A stretch of 64,000 nt of DNA, from NCBI GenBank assembly GCA_964276515.1, contig OZ193910.1:8432001-8496000 (forward strand), read 5' to 3'. Positions 40,501 through 55,500 of the stretch are shown here, one piece after another. A model generated the notes under the pieces. It did no database searches. It was not told the origin of the DNA and saw only the letters and a program-made list of their open reading frames with translations. The translations under genes and the position numbers were made by a program. Source of the DNA: Gordius albopunctatus. Its lineage: Eukaryota. Positions within the stretch are counted from its first letter, which is position 1; the number at the start of each line of letters is the position of its first letter.

Positions 40501-42020
40501 ACGTTCCGATACAACAAACTAATCGCAACAAGATAACGTTGTCTTTTCGCAAAATGATAGTTCTCGCAGCTTGAAACATCTTATAAGGAGTCGATCGAGA
40601 TTAATAGGATTCTCAAATCAGCTTACTTTTATATATTTTTTCAAGCTCTTTTACATAAAATAACAAAAAATATATTTTTTCAGGTTAAAATAATTCACAA
40701 TTTTTTCCTTTCAACCATATTCAACAGAAGAAAGTTGTTATTTTCAGACGAGATTTCCATGATAAAAAGTTAAAATTTATCAGAATTAGAGAACCATTAC
40801 TTTTAAATCATCATCGCATACAGCATGTTTTAAAAATTAAGCACTAACGTTGCGATACAACTAATCGCAACAATATAACGTTGTCTTTTCTCAAAATGAT
40901 TGTTCTCGCAGCTTAAAACTTCTTATAAGGAGTCGATCGAGATTAATAGGATTCTCAAATGAGCTTACTTTTATATATTTTTTCAAGCTCTTTTACATAA
41001 AATAACAAAAAATATATTTTTTCAGGTTAAAATAATTCACAATTTTTTCCTTTCAACCATATTCAACCGATGAAAGTTGTTATTTTCAGACGTGATTTCC
41101 ACGATAAAAAGTCAAAATTTATCAGAATTAGAGAACTATTACTTTTAAATCATCATCGCATAGAGCATGTTTCAAAAATTAAGCACTAACGTTGCGATAC
41201 AACTAATCGCAACAATATAACGTTGTATTTTCTCAAAATGATTGTTCTCGCAGCTTAAAACTTCTTATAAGGAGTCGATCGAGATTAATAGGATTCTCAA
41301 ATGAGCTTACTTTTATATATTTTTTCAAGCTCTTTTACATAAAATAACAAAATATATAGTTTTTCAGGTTAAAATAATTCACAATTTTTTCCTTTCGGCC
41401 ATATTCAACCGATGAAAGTTGTTATTTTCAGACGTGATTTCCATGATAAAAAGTCAAAATTTATCAGAATTAGAGAACTATTACTTTTAAATCATCATCG
41501 CATAGAGCATGTTTCAAAAATTAAGCACTAACGTTGCGATACAACAAACTAATCGCAACAATATAACGTTGTCTTTTCTCAAAATGATTGTTCTCGCAGC
41601 TTAAAACTTCTTTCTAAAGTCAATCGAGGATAAAAGGTTTCTCAAATTGGCTTACTTTAAAATATTTTTTCAAGCTCTTTTACATAAAATAACAAAATAT
41701 ATATTTTTTTAGGTTAAAATAATTCACAATTTTTTACTTTCGGCCATATTCAACCTATGAAAGTTGTTATTTTCAGACGTTATTTCCACGATAAAAAGTC
41801 AAAATTTATCAGAATTAGAGAACTATTACTTTTAAATCATCATCGCATAGAGCATGTTTCAAAAATTAAGCACTAACGTTGCGATACAACAAACTAATCG
41901 CAACAATATAACGTTGTCTTTTCTCAAAATGATTGTTCTCGCAGCTTAAAACTTCTTTCTAAAGTCAATCGAGGATAAAAGGTTTCTCAAATTGGCTTAC
42001 TTTAAAATATTTTTTCAAGC
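34520..42020 (+). repeat. Pentameric higher-order repeat (~1720 bp, 4 copies) with a 10-monomer (3442 bp) super-period
   Basis: The private AACAGAAGAA...GACGAG monomer occurs at 35561, 37281, 39003 and 40723. The CTAAAAATG variant recurs at +3442 (35041/38483). Boundaries are approximate. Confidence 0.85.
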
Positions 42021-45000
42021 TCTTTTACATAAATACACAAAAAATATATTTTTTCAGGTTAAAATAATTCACAATTTTTTCCTTTCAACCATATTCAACC
42101 GATGAAAGTTGTTATTTTCAGACGTGATTTCCATGATAAAAAGTCAAAATTTATCAGAATTAGAAAACTATTACTTTGAAATCATCATCGCATAGAGCAT
42201 GTTTAAATAATTAAGCACTCACGTTGTGATACAACTAATCGCAACAATATAACGTTGTCTTTTCTCAAAATGATTGTTCTCGCAGCTTAAAACTTCTAAT
42301 AAGGAGTCGATCGAGAATAATAGGATTCTCAAATGAGCTTACTTTTATATATTTTTTCAAGCTCTTTTACATAAAATAACAAAATATATTTTTTTTCAGG
42401 TTAAAATAATTCACAATTTTTTCCTTTCGGCCATATTCAACTGATGAAAGTTGTTTTTTTCAGACGTGATTTCCATGATAAAAAGTCAAAATTTATCAGA
42501 ATTAGAAAACTATTACTTTGAAATCATCATCGCATAGAGCATGTTTAAATAATTAAGCACTCACGTTGCGATACAACTAATCGCAACAATATAACGTTGT
42601 CTTTTCTCAAAATGATTGTTCTCGCAGCTTAAAACTTCTTTCTAAAGTCGATCGAGGATAAAAGGTTTCTCAAATTGGCTTACTTTAAAATATTTTTTCA
42701 AGCTCTTTTACATAAAATAACAAAAAATATATTTTTTCAGGATAAAATAATTCACAATTTTTTCCTTTCAACCATATTCAACCGATGAAAGTTGTTATTT
42801 TCAGACGTGATTTCCATGATAAAAAGTCAAAATTCATCAGAATTAGAAAACTATTACTTTGAAATCATCATCGCATAGAGCATGTTTAAATAATTAAGCA
42901 CTCACGTTGCGATACAACTAATCGCAACAATATAACGTTGTCTTTTCTCAAAATGATTGTTCTCGCAGCTTAAAACTTCTAATAAGGAGTCGATCGAGAA
43001 TAATAGGATTCTCAAATGAGCTTACTTTTATATATTTTTTCAAGCTCTTTTACATAAAATAACAAAATATATTTTTTTTCAGGTTAAAATAATTCACAAT
43101 TTTTTCCTTTCGGCCATATTCAACCGATGAAAGTTGTTTTTTTCAGACGTGATTTCCATGATAAAAAGTCAAAATTTATCAGAATTAGAAAACTATTACT
43201 TTGAAATCATCATCGCATAGAGCATGTTTAAATAATTAAGCACTCACGTTGCGATACAACTAATCGCAACAATATAACGTTGTCTTTTCTCAAAATGATT
43301 GTTCTCGCAGCTTAAAACTTCTAATAAGGAGTCGATCGAGAATAATAGGATTCTCAAATGAGCTTACTTTTATATATTTTTTCAAGCTCTTTTACATAAA
43401 ATAACAAAAAATATATTTTTTCAGGTTAAAATAATTCACAATTTTTTCCTTTCAACCATATTCAACCGATGAAAGTTGTTATTTTCAGACGTGATTTCCA
43501 TGATAAAAAGTTAAAATTTATCAGAATTAGAGAACCATTACTTTTAAATCATCATCGCATACAGCATGTTTTAAAAATTAAGCACTAACGTTGCGATACA
43601 ACTAATCGCAACAATATAACGTTGTCTTTTCTCAAAATGATTGTTCTCGCAGCTTAAAACTTCTAATAAGGAGTCGATCGAGAATAATAGGATTCTCAAA
43701 TGAGCTTACTTTTATATATTTTTTCAAGCTCTTTTACATAAAATAACAAAATATATTTTTTTTCAGGTTAAAATAATTCACAATTTTTTCCTTTCGGCCA
43801 TATTCAACCGATGAAAGTTGTTATTTTCAGACGTGATTTCCACGATAAAAAGTCAAAATTTATCAGAATTAGAGAACTATTACTTTTAAATCATCATCGC
43901 ATAGAGCATGTTTCAAAAATTAAGCACTAACGTTGCGATACAACAAACTAATCGCAACAATATAACGTTGTCTTTTCTCAAAATGATTGTTCTCGCAGCT
44001 TAAAACTTCTTTCTAAAGTCAATCGAGGATAAAAGGTTTCTCAAATTGGCTTACTTTAAAATATTTTTTCAAGCTCTTTTACATAAAATAACAAAAAATA
44101 TATTTTTTCAGGATAAAATAATTCACAATTTTTTCCTTTCAACCATATTCAACCGATGAAAGTTGTTATTTTCAGACGTGATTTCCATGATAAAAAGTCA
44201 AAATTTATCAGAATTAGAGAACTATTACTTTTAAATCATCATCGCATAGAGCATGTTTCAAAAATTAAGCACTAACTTTGCGATACAACAAACTAATCGC
44301 AACAATATAACGTTGTCTTTTCTCAAAATGATTGTTCTCGCAGCTTAAAACTTCTTTCTAAAGTCAATCGAGGATAAAAGGTTTCTCAAATTGGCTTACT
44401 TTAAAATATTTTTTCAAGCTCTTTTACATAAAATAACAAAATATATATTTTTTTAGGTTAAAATAATTCACAATTTTTTACTTTCGGCCATATTCAACCG
44501 ATGAAAGTTGTTATTTTCAGACGTTATTTCCACGATAAAAAGTCAAAATTTATCAGAATTAGAGAACTATTACTTTTAAATCATCATCGCATAGAGCATG
44601 TTTCAAAAATTAAGCACTAACGTTGCGATACAACAAACTAATCGCAACAATATAACGTTGTCTTTTCTCAAAATGATTGTTCTCGCAGCTTAAAACTTCT
44701 TTCTAAAGTCAATCGAGGATAAAAGGTTTCTCAAATTGGCTTACTTTAAAATATTTTTTCAAGCTCTTTTACATAAATAAACAAAAAATATATTTTTTCA
44801 GGTTAAAATAATTCACAATTTTTTCCTTTCAACCATATTCAACCGATGAAAGTTGTTATTTTCAGACGTGATTTCCATGATAAAAAGTCAAAATTTATCA
44901 GAATTAGAAAACTATTACTTTGAAATCATCATCGCATAGAGCATGTTTAAATAATTAAGCACTAACGTTGCGATGCAACAAACTAATCGCAACAATATAA

Positions 45001-46547
45001 CGTTGTCTTTTCTCAAAATGATTGTTCTCGCAGCTTAAAACTTCTTTCTAAAGTCAATCGAGCATAAAAGGTTTCTCAAATTGGCTTACTTTAATATATT
45101 TTTTCAAGCTCTTTTACATAAAATAACAAAAAATATATTTTTTCAGGATAAAATAATTCACAATTTTTTCCTTTCAACCATATTCAACTGATGAAAGTTG
45201 TTATTTTCAGACGTGATTTCCATGATAAAAAGTCAAAATTTATCAGAATTAGAGAACTATTACTTTTAAATCATCATCGCATAGAGCATGTTTCAAAAAT
45301 TAAGCACTAACGTTGCGATACAACTAATCGCAACAATATAACGTTGTCTTTTCTCAAAATGATTGTTCTCGCAGCTTAAAACTTCTTATAAGGAGTCGAT
45401 CGAGATTAATAGGATTCTCAAATGAGCTTACTTTTATATATTTTTTCAAGCTCTTTTACATAAAATAACAAAAAATATATTGTTCATGTTAAAATAATTC
45501 ACAATTTTTTCCTTTCAACCATATTCAACCGATGAAAGTTGTTATTTTCAGACGTGATTTCCATGATAAAAAGTTAAAATTTATCAGAATTAGAGAACTA
45601 TTACTTTTAAATCATCATCGCATAGAGCATGTTTCAAAAATTAAGCACTCACGTTCCGATACAACAAACTAATCGCAACAAGATAACGTTGTCTTTTCGC
45701 AAAATGATAGTTCTCGCAGCTTGAAACATCTTATAAGGAGTCGATCGAGATTAATAGGATTCTCAAATCAGCTTACTTTTATATATTTTTTCAAGCTCTT
45801 TTACATAAAATAACAAAAAATATATTTTTCAGGTTAAAATAATTCACAATTTTTTCCTTTCAACCATATTCAACCGATGAAAGTTGTTATTTTCAGACGT
45901 GATTTCCATGATAAAAAGTTAAAATTTATCAGAATTAGAGAACTGTTACTTTTAAATCATCATCGCATAGAGCATGTTTCAAAAATTAAGCACTAACGTT
46001 GCGATACAACTAACTAATCGCAACAAGATAACGTTGTATTTTCTCAAAATGATTGTTCTCGCAGCTTAAAACTTCTTTCTGAAGTCAATCGAGGATAAAA
46101 GGTTTCTCAAATTGGCTTACTTTAATATATTTTTTCAAGCTCTTTTACATAAAATAACAAAAAATATATTTTTTCAGGATAAAATAATTCACAATTTTTT
46201 CCTTTCAACCATATTCAACCGATGAAAGTTGTTATTTTCAGACGTGATTTCCATGATAAAAAGTCAAAATTTATCAGAATTAGAGAACTATTACTTTTAA
46301 ATCATCATCGCATAGAGCATGTTTCAAAAATTAAGCACTAACGTTGCGATACAACGAATCGCAACAATATAACGTTGTCTTTTCTCAAAATGATTGTTCT
46401 CGCAGCTTAAAACTTCTTATAAGGAGTCGATCGAGATTAATAGGATTCTCAAATGAGCTTACTTTTATATATTTTTTCAAGCTCTTTTACATAAAATAAC
46501 AAAAAATATATTTTTCAGGTTAAAATAATTCACAATTTTTTCCTTTC
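41399..46547 (+). repeat. ~15-monomer block, copy 2 (copy of 20739-25887)
   Basis: Same ordered private variants at a constant 20660 bp offset; only four differences were noticed by eye. Confidence 0.9.
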
Positions 46548-49500
46548 GGCCATATTCAACCGATGAAAGTTGTTATTTTCAGACGTGATTTCCACGATAA
46601 AAAGTCAAAATTTATCAGAATTAGAGAACTATTACTTTTAAATCATCATCGCATAGAGCATGTTTCAAAAATTAAGCACTAACGTTGCGATACAACAAAC
46701 TAATCGCAACAATATAACGTTGTCTTTTCTCAAAATGATTGTTCTCGCAGCTTAAAACTTCTTTCTAAAGTCAATCGAGGATAAAAGGTTTCTCAAATTG
46801 GCTTACTTTAAAATATTTTTTCAAGCTCTTTTACATAAAATAACAAAAAATATATTTTTTCAGGATAAAATAATTCACAATTTTTTCCTTTCAACCATAT
46901 TCAACCGATGAAAGTTGTTATTTTCAGACGTGATTTCCATGATAAAAAGTTAAAATTTATCAGAATTAGAGAACCATTACTTTTAAATCATCATCGCATA
47001 CAGCATGTTTTAAAAATTAAGCACTAACGTTGCGATACAACTAATCGCAACAATATAACGTTGTCTTTTCTCAAAATGATTGTTCTCGCAGCTTGAAACA
47101 TCTTATAAGGAGTCGATCGAGATTAATAGGATTCTCAAATCAGCTTACTTTTATATATTTTTTCAAGCTCTTTTACATAAAATAACAAAAAATATATTGT
47201 TCATGTTAAAATAATTCACAATTTTTTCCTTTCAACCATATTCAACCGATGAAAGTTGTTATTTTCAGACGTGATTTCCATGATAAAAAGTCAAAATTTA
47301 TCAGAATTAGAGAACTATTACTTTTAAATCATCATCGCATAGAGCATGTTTCAAAAATTAAGCACTAACGTTGCGATACAACGAATCGCAACAATATAAC
47401 GTTGTCTTTTCTCAAAATGATTGTTCTCGCAGCTTAAAACTTCTTATAAGGAGTCGATCGAGATTAATAGGATTCTCAAATGAGCTTACTTTTATATATT
47501 TTTTCAAGCTCTTTTACATAAAATAACAAAAAATATATTGTTCATGTTAAAATAATTCACAATTTTTTCCTTTCAACCATATTCAACCGATGAAAGTTGT
47601 TATTTTCAGACGTGATTTCCATGATAAAAAGTTAAAATTTATCAGAATTAGAGAACTATTACTTTTAAATCATCATCGCATAGAGCATGTTTCAAAAATT
47701 AAGCACTCACGTTCCGATACAACAAACTAATCGCAACAAGATAACGTTGTCTTTTCGCAAAATGATAGTTCTCGCAGCTTGAAACATCTTATAAGGAGTC
47801 GATCGAGATTAATAGGATTCTCAAATCAGCTTACTTTTATATATTTTTTCAAGCTCTTTTACATAAAATAACAAAAAATATATTTTTCAGGTTAAAATAA
47901 TTCACAATTTTTTCCTTTCAACCATATTCAACCGATGAAAGTTGTTATTTTCAGACGTGATTTCCATGATAAAAAGTTAAAATTTATCAGAATTAGAGAA
48001 CTGTTACTTTTAAATCATCATCGCATAGAGCATGTTTCAAAAATTAAGCACTAACGTTGCGATACAACTAACTAATCGCAACAAGATAACGTTGTATTTT
48101 CTCAAAATGATTGTTCTCGCAGCTTAAAACTTCTTTCTGAAGTCAATCGAGGATAAAAGGTTTCTCAAATTGGCTTACTTTAATATATTTTTTCAAGCTC
48201 TTTTACATAAAATAACAAAAAATATATTTTTTCAGGATAAAATAATTCACAATTTTTTCCTTTCAACCATATTCAACCGATGAAAGTTGTTATTTTCAGA
48301 CGTGATTTCCATGATAAAAAGTCAAAATTTATCAGAATTAGAGAACTATTACTTTTAAATCATCATCGCATAGAGCATGTTTCAAAAATTAAGCACTAAC
48401 GTTGCGATACAACGAATCGCAACAATATAACGTTGTCTTTTCTCAAAATGATTGTTGTCGCAGCTTAAAACTTCTAATAAGGAGTCGATCGAGAATAATA
48501 GGATTCTCAAATGAGCTTACTTTTATATATTTTTTCAAGCTCTTTTACATAAAATAACAAAATATATTTTTTTTCAGGTTAAAATAATTCACAATTTTTT
48601 CCTTTCGGCCATATTCAACCGATGAAAGTTGTTATTTTCAGACGTGATTTCCACGATAAAAAGTCAAAATTTATCAGAATTAGAGAACTATTACTTTTAA
48701 ATCATCATCGCATAGAGCATGTTTCAAAAATTAAGCACTAACGTTGCGATACAACAAACTAATCGCAACAATATAACGTTGTCTTTTCTCAAAATGATTG
48801 TTCTCGCAGCTTAAAACTTCTTTCTAAAGTCAATCGAGGATAAAAGGTTTCTCAAATTGGCTTACTTTAAAATATTTTTTCAAGCTCTTTTACATAAAAT
48901 AACAAAAAATATATTTTTTCAGGATAAAATAATTCACAATTTTTTCCTTTCAACCATATTCAACCGATGAAAGTTGTTATTTTCAGACGTGATTTCCATG
49001 ATAAAAAGTTAAAATTTATCAGAATTAGAGAACCATTACTTTTAAATCATCATCGCATACAGCATGTTTTAAAAATTAAGCACTAACGTTGCGATACAAC
49101 TAATCGCAACAATATAACGTTGTCTTTTCTCAAAATGATTGTTCTCGCAGCTTAAAACTTCTAATAAGGAGTCGATCGAGAATAATAGGATTCTCAAATG
49201 AGCTTACTTTTATATATTTTTTCAAGCTCTTTTACATAAAATAACAAAATATATTTTTTTTCAGGTTAAAATAATTCACAATTTTTTCCTTTCGGCCATA
49301 TTCAACCGATGAAAGTTGTTATTTTCAGACGTGATTTCCATGATAAAAAGTCAAAATTTATCAGAATTAGAGAACTATTACTTTTAAATCATCATCGCAT
49401 AGAGCATGTTTCAAAAATTAAGCACTAACGTTGCGATACAACAAACTAATCGCAACAATATAACGTTGTCTTTTCTCAAAATGATTGTTCTCGCAGCTTA

Positions 49501-52500
49501 AAACTTCTTTCTAAAGTCAATCGAGGATAAAAGGTTTCTCAAATTGGCTTACTTTAAAATATTTTTTCAAGCTCTTTTACATAAAATAACAAAATATATA
49601 TTTTTTTAGGTTAAAATAATTCACAATTTTTTCCTTTCGGCCATATTCAACCGATGAAAGTTGTTATTTTCAGACGTGATTTCCATGATAAAAAGTCAAA
49701 ATTTATCAGAATTAGAGAACTATTACTTTTAAATCATCATCGCATAGAGCATGTTTCAAAAATTAAGCACTAACGTTGCGATACAACAAACTAATCGCAA
49801 CAATATAACGTTGTCTTTTCTCAAAATGATTGTTCTCGCAGCTTAAAACTTCTTTCTAAAGTCAATCGAGGATAAAAGGTTTCTCAAATTGGCTTACTTT
49901 AAAATATTTTTTCAAGCTCTTTTACATAAAATAACAAAATATATATTTTTTTAGGTTAAAATAATTCACAATTTTTTACTTTCGGCCATATTCAACCTAT
50001 GAAAGTTGTTATTTTCAGACGTTATTTCCACGATAAAAAGTCAAAATTTATCAGAATTAGAGAACTATTACTTTGAAATCATCATCGCATAGAGCATGTT
50101 TAAATAATTAAGCACTCACGTTGTGATACAACTAATCGCAACAATATAACGTTGTCTTTTCTCAAAATGATTGTTCTCGCAGCTTAAAACTTCTAATAAG
50201 GAGTCGATCGAGAATAATAGGATTCTCAAATGAGCTTACTTTTATATATTTTTTCAAGCTCTTTTACATAAAATAACAAAATATATTTTTTTTCAGGTTA
50301 AAATAATTCACAATTTTTTCCTTTCGGCCATATTCAACTGATGAAAGTTGTTTTTTTCAGACGTGATTTCCATGATAAAAAGTCAAAATTTATCAGAATT
50401 AGAAAACTATTACTTTGAAATCATCATCGCATAGAGCATGTTTAAATAATTAAGCACTCACGTTGCGATACAACTAATCGCAACAATATAACGTTGTCTT
50501 TTCTCAAAATGATTGTTCTCGCAGCTTAAAACTTCTTTCTAAAGTCGATCGAGGATAAAAGGTTTCTCAAATTGGCTTACTTTAAAATATTTTTTCAAGC
50601 TCTTTTACATAAAATAACAAAAAATATATTTTTTCAGGATAAAATAATTCACAATTTTTTCCTTTCAACCATATTCAACCGATGAAAGTTGTTATTTTCA
50701 GACGTGATTTCCATGATAAAAAGTCAAAATTCATCAGAATTAGAAAACTATTACTTTGAAATCATCATCGCATAGAGCATGTTTAAATAATTAAGCACTC
50801 ACGTTGCGATACAACTAATCGCAACAATATAACGTTGTCTTTTCTCAAAATGATTGTTCTCGCAGCTTAAAACTTCTAATAAGGAGTCGATCGAGAATAA
50901 TAGGATTCTCAAATGAGCTTACTTTTATATATTTTTTCAAGCTCTTTTACATAAAATAACAAAATATATTTTTTTTCAGGTTAAAATAATTCACAATTTT
51001 TTCCTTTCGGCCATATTCAACCGATGAAAGTTGTTTTTTTCAGACGTGATTTCCATGATAAAAAGTCAAAATTTATCAGAATTAGAAAACTATTACTTTG
51101 AAATCATCATCGCATAGAGCATGTTTAAATAATTAAGCACTCACGTTGCGATACAACTAATCGCAACAATATAACGTTGTCTTTTCTCAAAATGATTGTT
51201 CTCGCAGCTTAAAACTTCTAATAAGGAGTCGATCGAGAATAATAGGATTCTCAAATGAGCTTACTTTTATATATTTTTTCAAGCTCTTTTACATAAAATA
51301 ACAAAAAATATATTTTTTCAGGTTAAAATAATTCACAATTTTTTCCTTTCAACCATATTCAACCGATGAAAGTTGTTATTTTCAGACGTGATTTCCATGA
51401 TAAAAAGTTAAAATTTATCAGAATTAGAGAACCATTACTTTTAAATCATCATCGCATACAGCATGTTTTAAAAATTAAGCACTAACGTTGCGATACAACT
51501 AATCGCAACAATATAACGTTGTCTTTTCTCAAAATGATTGTTCTCGCAGCTTAAAACTTCTAATAAGGAGTCGATCGAGAATAATAGGATTCTCAAATGA
51601 GCTTACTTTTATATATTTTTTCAAGCTCTTTTACATAAAATAACAAAATATATTTTTTTTCAGGTTAAAATAATTCACAATTTTTTCCTTTCGGCCATAT
51701 TCAACCGATGAAAGTTGTTATTTTCAGACGTGATTTCCACGATAAAAAGTCAAAATTTATCAGAATTAGAGAACTATTACTTTTAAATCATCATCGCATA
51801 GAGCATGTTTCAAAAATTAAGCACTAACGTTGCGATACAACAAACTAATCGCAACAATATAACGTTGTCTTTTCTCAAAATGATTGTTCTCGCAGCTTAA
51901 AACTTCTTTCTAAAGTCAATCGAGGATAAAAGGTTTCTCAAATTGGCTTACTTTAAAATATTTTTTCAAGCTCTTTTACATAAAATAACAAAAAATATAT
52001 TTTTTCAGGATAAAATAATTCACAATTTTTTCCTTTCAACCATATTCAACCGATGAAAGTTGTTATTTTCAGACGTGATTTCCATGATAAAAAGTTAAAA
52101 TTTATCAGAATTAGAGAACCATTACTTTTAAATCATCATCGCATACAGCATGTTTTAAAAATTAAGCACTAACGTTGCGATACAACTAATCGCAACAATA
52201 TAACGTTGTCTTTTCTCAAAATGATTGTTCTCGCAGCTTAAAACTTCTAATAAGGAGTCGATCGAGAATAATAGGATTCTCAAATGAGCTTACTTTTATA
52301 TATTTTTTCAAGCTCTTTTACATAAAATAACAAAAAATATATTTTTTCAGGTTAAAATAATTCACAATTTTTTCCTTTCAACCATATTCAACCGATGAAA
52401 GTTGTTATTTTCAGACGTGATTTCCATGATAAAAAGTCAAAATTTATCAGAATTAGAAAACTATTACTTTGAAATCATCATCGCATAGAGCATGTTTAAA

Positions 52501-55500
52501 TAATTAAGCACTAACGTTGCGATGCAACAAACTAATCGCAACAATATAACGTTGTCTTTTCTCAAAATGATTGTTCTCGCAGCTTAAAACTTCTTTCTAA
52601 AGTCAATCGAGCATAAAAGGTTTCTCAAATTGGCTTACTTTAATATATTTTTTCAAGCTCTTTTACATAAAATAACAAAAAATATATTTTTTCAGGATAA
52701 AATAATTCACAATTTTTTCCTTTCAACCATATTCAACTGATGAAAGTTGTTATTTTCAGACGTGATTTCCATGATAAAAAGTCAAAATTTATCAGAATTA
52801 GAGAACTATTACTTTTAAATCATCATCGCATAGAGCATGTTTCAAAAATTAAGCACTAACGTTGCGATACAACTAATCGCAACAATATAACGTTGTCTTT
52901 TCTCAAAATGATTGTTCTCGCAGCTTAAAACTTCTTATAAGGAGTCGATCGAGATTAATAGGATTCTCAAATGAGCTTACTTTTATATATTTTTTCAAGC
53001 TCTTTTACATAAAATAACAAAAAATATATTGTTCATGTTAAAATAATTCACAATTTTTTCCTTTCAACCATATTCAACCGATGAAAGTTGTTATTTTCAG
53101 ACGTGATTTCCATGATAAAAAGTTAAAATTTATCAGAATTAGAGAACTATTACTTTTAAATCATCATCGCATAGAGCATGTTTCAAAAATTAAGCACTCA
53201 CGTTCCGATACAACAAACTAATCGCAACAAGATAACGTTGTCTTTTCGCAAAATGATAGTTCTCGCAGCTTGAAACATCTTATAAGGAGTCGATCGAGAT
53301 TAATAGGATTCTCAAATCAGCTTACTTTTATATATTTTTTCAAGCTCTTTTACATAAAATAACAAAAAATATATTTTTCAGGTTAAAATAATTCACAATT
53401 TTTTCCTTTCAACCATATTCAACCGATGAAAGTTGTTATTTTCAGACGTGATTTCCATGATAAAAAGTTAAAATTTATCAGAATTAGAGAACTGTTACTT
53501 TTAAATCATCATCGCATAGAGCATGTTTCAAAAATTAAGCACTAACGTTGCGATACAACTAACTAATCGCAACAAGATAACGTTGTATTTTCTCAAAATG
53601 ATTGTTCTCGCAGCTTAAAACTTCTTTCTGAAGTCAATCGAGGATAAAAGGTTTCTCAAATTGGCTTACTTTAATATATTTTTTCAAGCTCTTTTACATA
53701 AAATAACAAAAAATATATTTTTTCAGGATAAAATAATTCACAATTTTTTCCTTTCAACCATATTCAACCGATGAAAGTTGTTATTTTCAGACGTGATTTC
53801 CATGATAAAAAGTCAAAATTTATCAGAATTAGAGAACTATTACTTTTAAATCATCATCGCATAGAGCATGTTTCAAAAATTAAGCACTAACGTTGCGATA
53901 CAACGAATCGCAACAATATAACGTTGTCTTTTCTCAAAATGATTGTTCTCGCAGCTTAAAACTTCTTATAAGGAGTCGATCGAGATTAATAGGATTCTCA
54001 AATGAGCTTACTTTTATATATTTTTTCAAGCTCTTTTACATAAAATAACAAAAAATATATTTTTCAGGTTAAAATAATTCACAATTTTTTCCTTTCAACC
54101 ATATTCAACCGATGAAAGTTGTTATTTTCAGACGTGATTTCCATGATAAAAAGTTAAAATTTATCAGAATTAGAGAACCATTACTTTTAAATCATCATCG
54201 CATAGAGCATGTTTCAAAAATTAAGCACTCACGTTCCGATACAACAAACTAATCGCAACAAGATAACGTTGTCTTTTCGCAAAATGATAGTTCTCGCAGC
54301 TTGAAACATCTTATAAGGAGTCGATCGAGATTAATAGGATTCTCAAATCAGCTTACTTTTATATATTTTTTCAAGCTCTTTTACATAAAATAACAAAAAA
54401 TATATTTTTCAGGTTAAAATAATTCACAATTTTTTCCTTTCAACCATATTCAACCGATGAAAGTTGTTATTTTCAGACGTGATTTCCATGATAAAAAGTT
54501 AAAATTTATCAGAATTAGAGAACTGTTACTTTTAAATCATCATCGCATAGAGCATGTTTCAAAAATTAAGCACTAACGTTGCGATACAACTAACTAATCG
54601 CAACAATATAACGTTGTATTTTCTCAAAATGATTGTTCTCGCAGCTTAAAACTTCTTTCTGAAGTCAATCGAGGATAAAAGGTTTCTCAAATTGGCTTAC
54701 TTTAATATATTTTTTCAAGCTCTTTTACATAAAATAACAAAAAATATATTTTTTCAGGATAAAATAATTCACAATTTTTTCCTTTCAACCATATTCAACC
54801 GATGAAAGTTGTTATTTTCAGACGTGATTTCCATGATAAAAAGTCAAAATTTATCAGAATTAGAGAACTATTACTTTTAAATCATCATCGCATAGAGCAT
54901 GTTTCAAAAATTAAGCACTAACGTTGCGATACAACGAATCGCAACAATATAACGTTGTCTTTTCTCAAAATGATTGTTCTCGCAGCTTAAAACTTCTTAT
55001 AAGGAGTCGATCGAGATTAATAGGATTCTCAAATGAGCTTACTTTTATATATTTTTTCAAGCTCTTTTACATAAAATAACAAAAAATATATTTTTCAGGT
55101 TAAAATAATTCACAATTTTTTCCTTTCAACCATATTCAACCGATGAAAGTTGTTATTTTCAGACGTGATTTCCATGATAAAAAGTCAAAATTTATCAGAA
55201 TTAGAGAACTATTACTTTTAAATCATCATCGCATAGAGCATGTTTCAAAAATTAAGCAGTAACGTTGCGATACAACTAATCGCAACATTATAACGTTGTC
55301 TTTTCTCAAAATGATTGTTCTCGCAGCATAAAACTTCTTATAAGGAGTCGATCGAGATTAATAGGATTCTCAAATGAGCTTACTTTTATATATTTTTTCA
55401 AGCTCTTTTACATAAAATAACAAAAAATATATTGTTCAGGTTAAAATAATTCACAATTTTTTCCTTTCAACCATATTCAACCGATGAAAGTTGTTATTTT

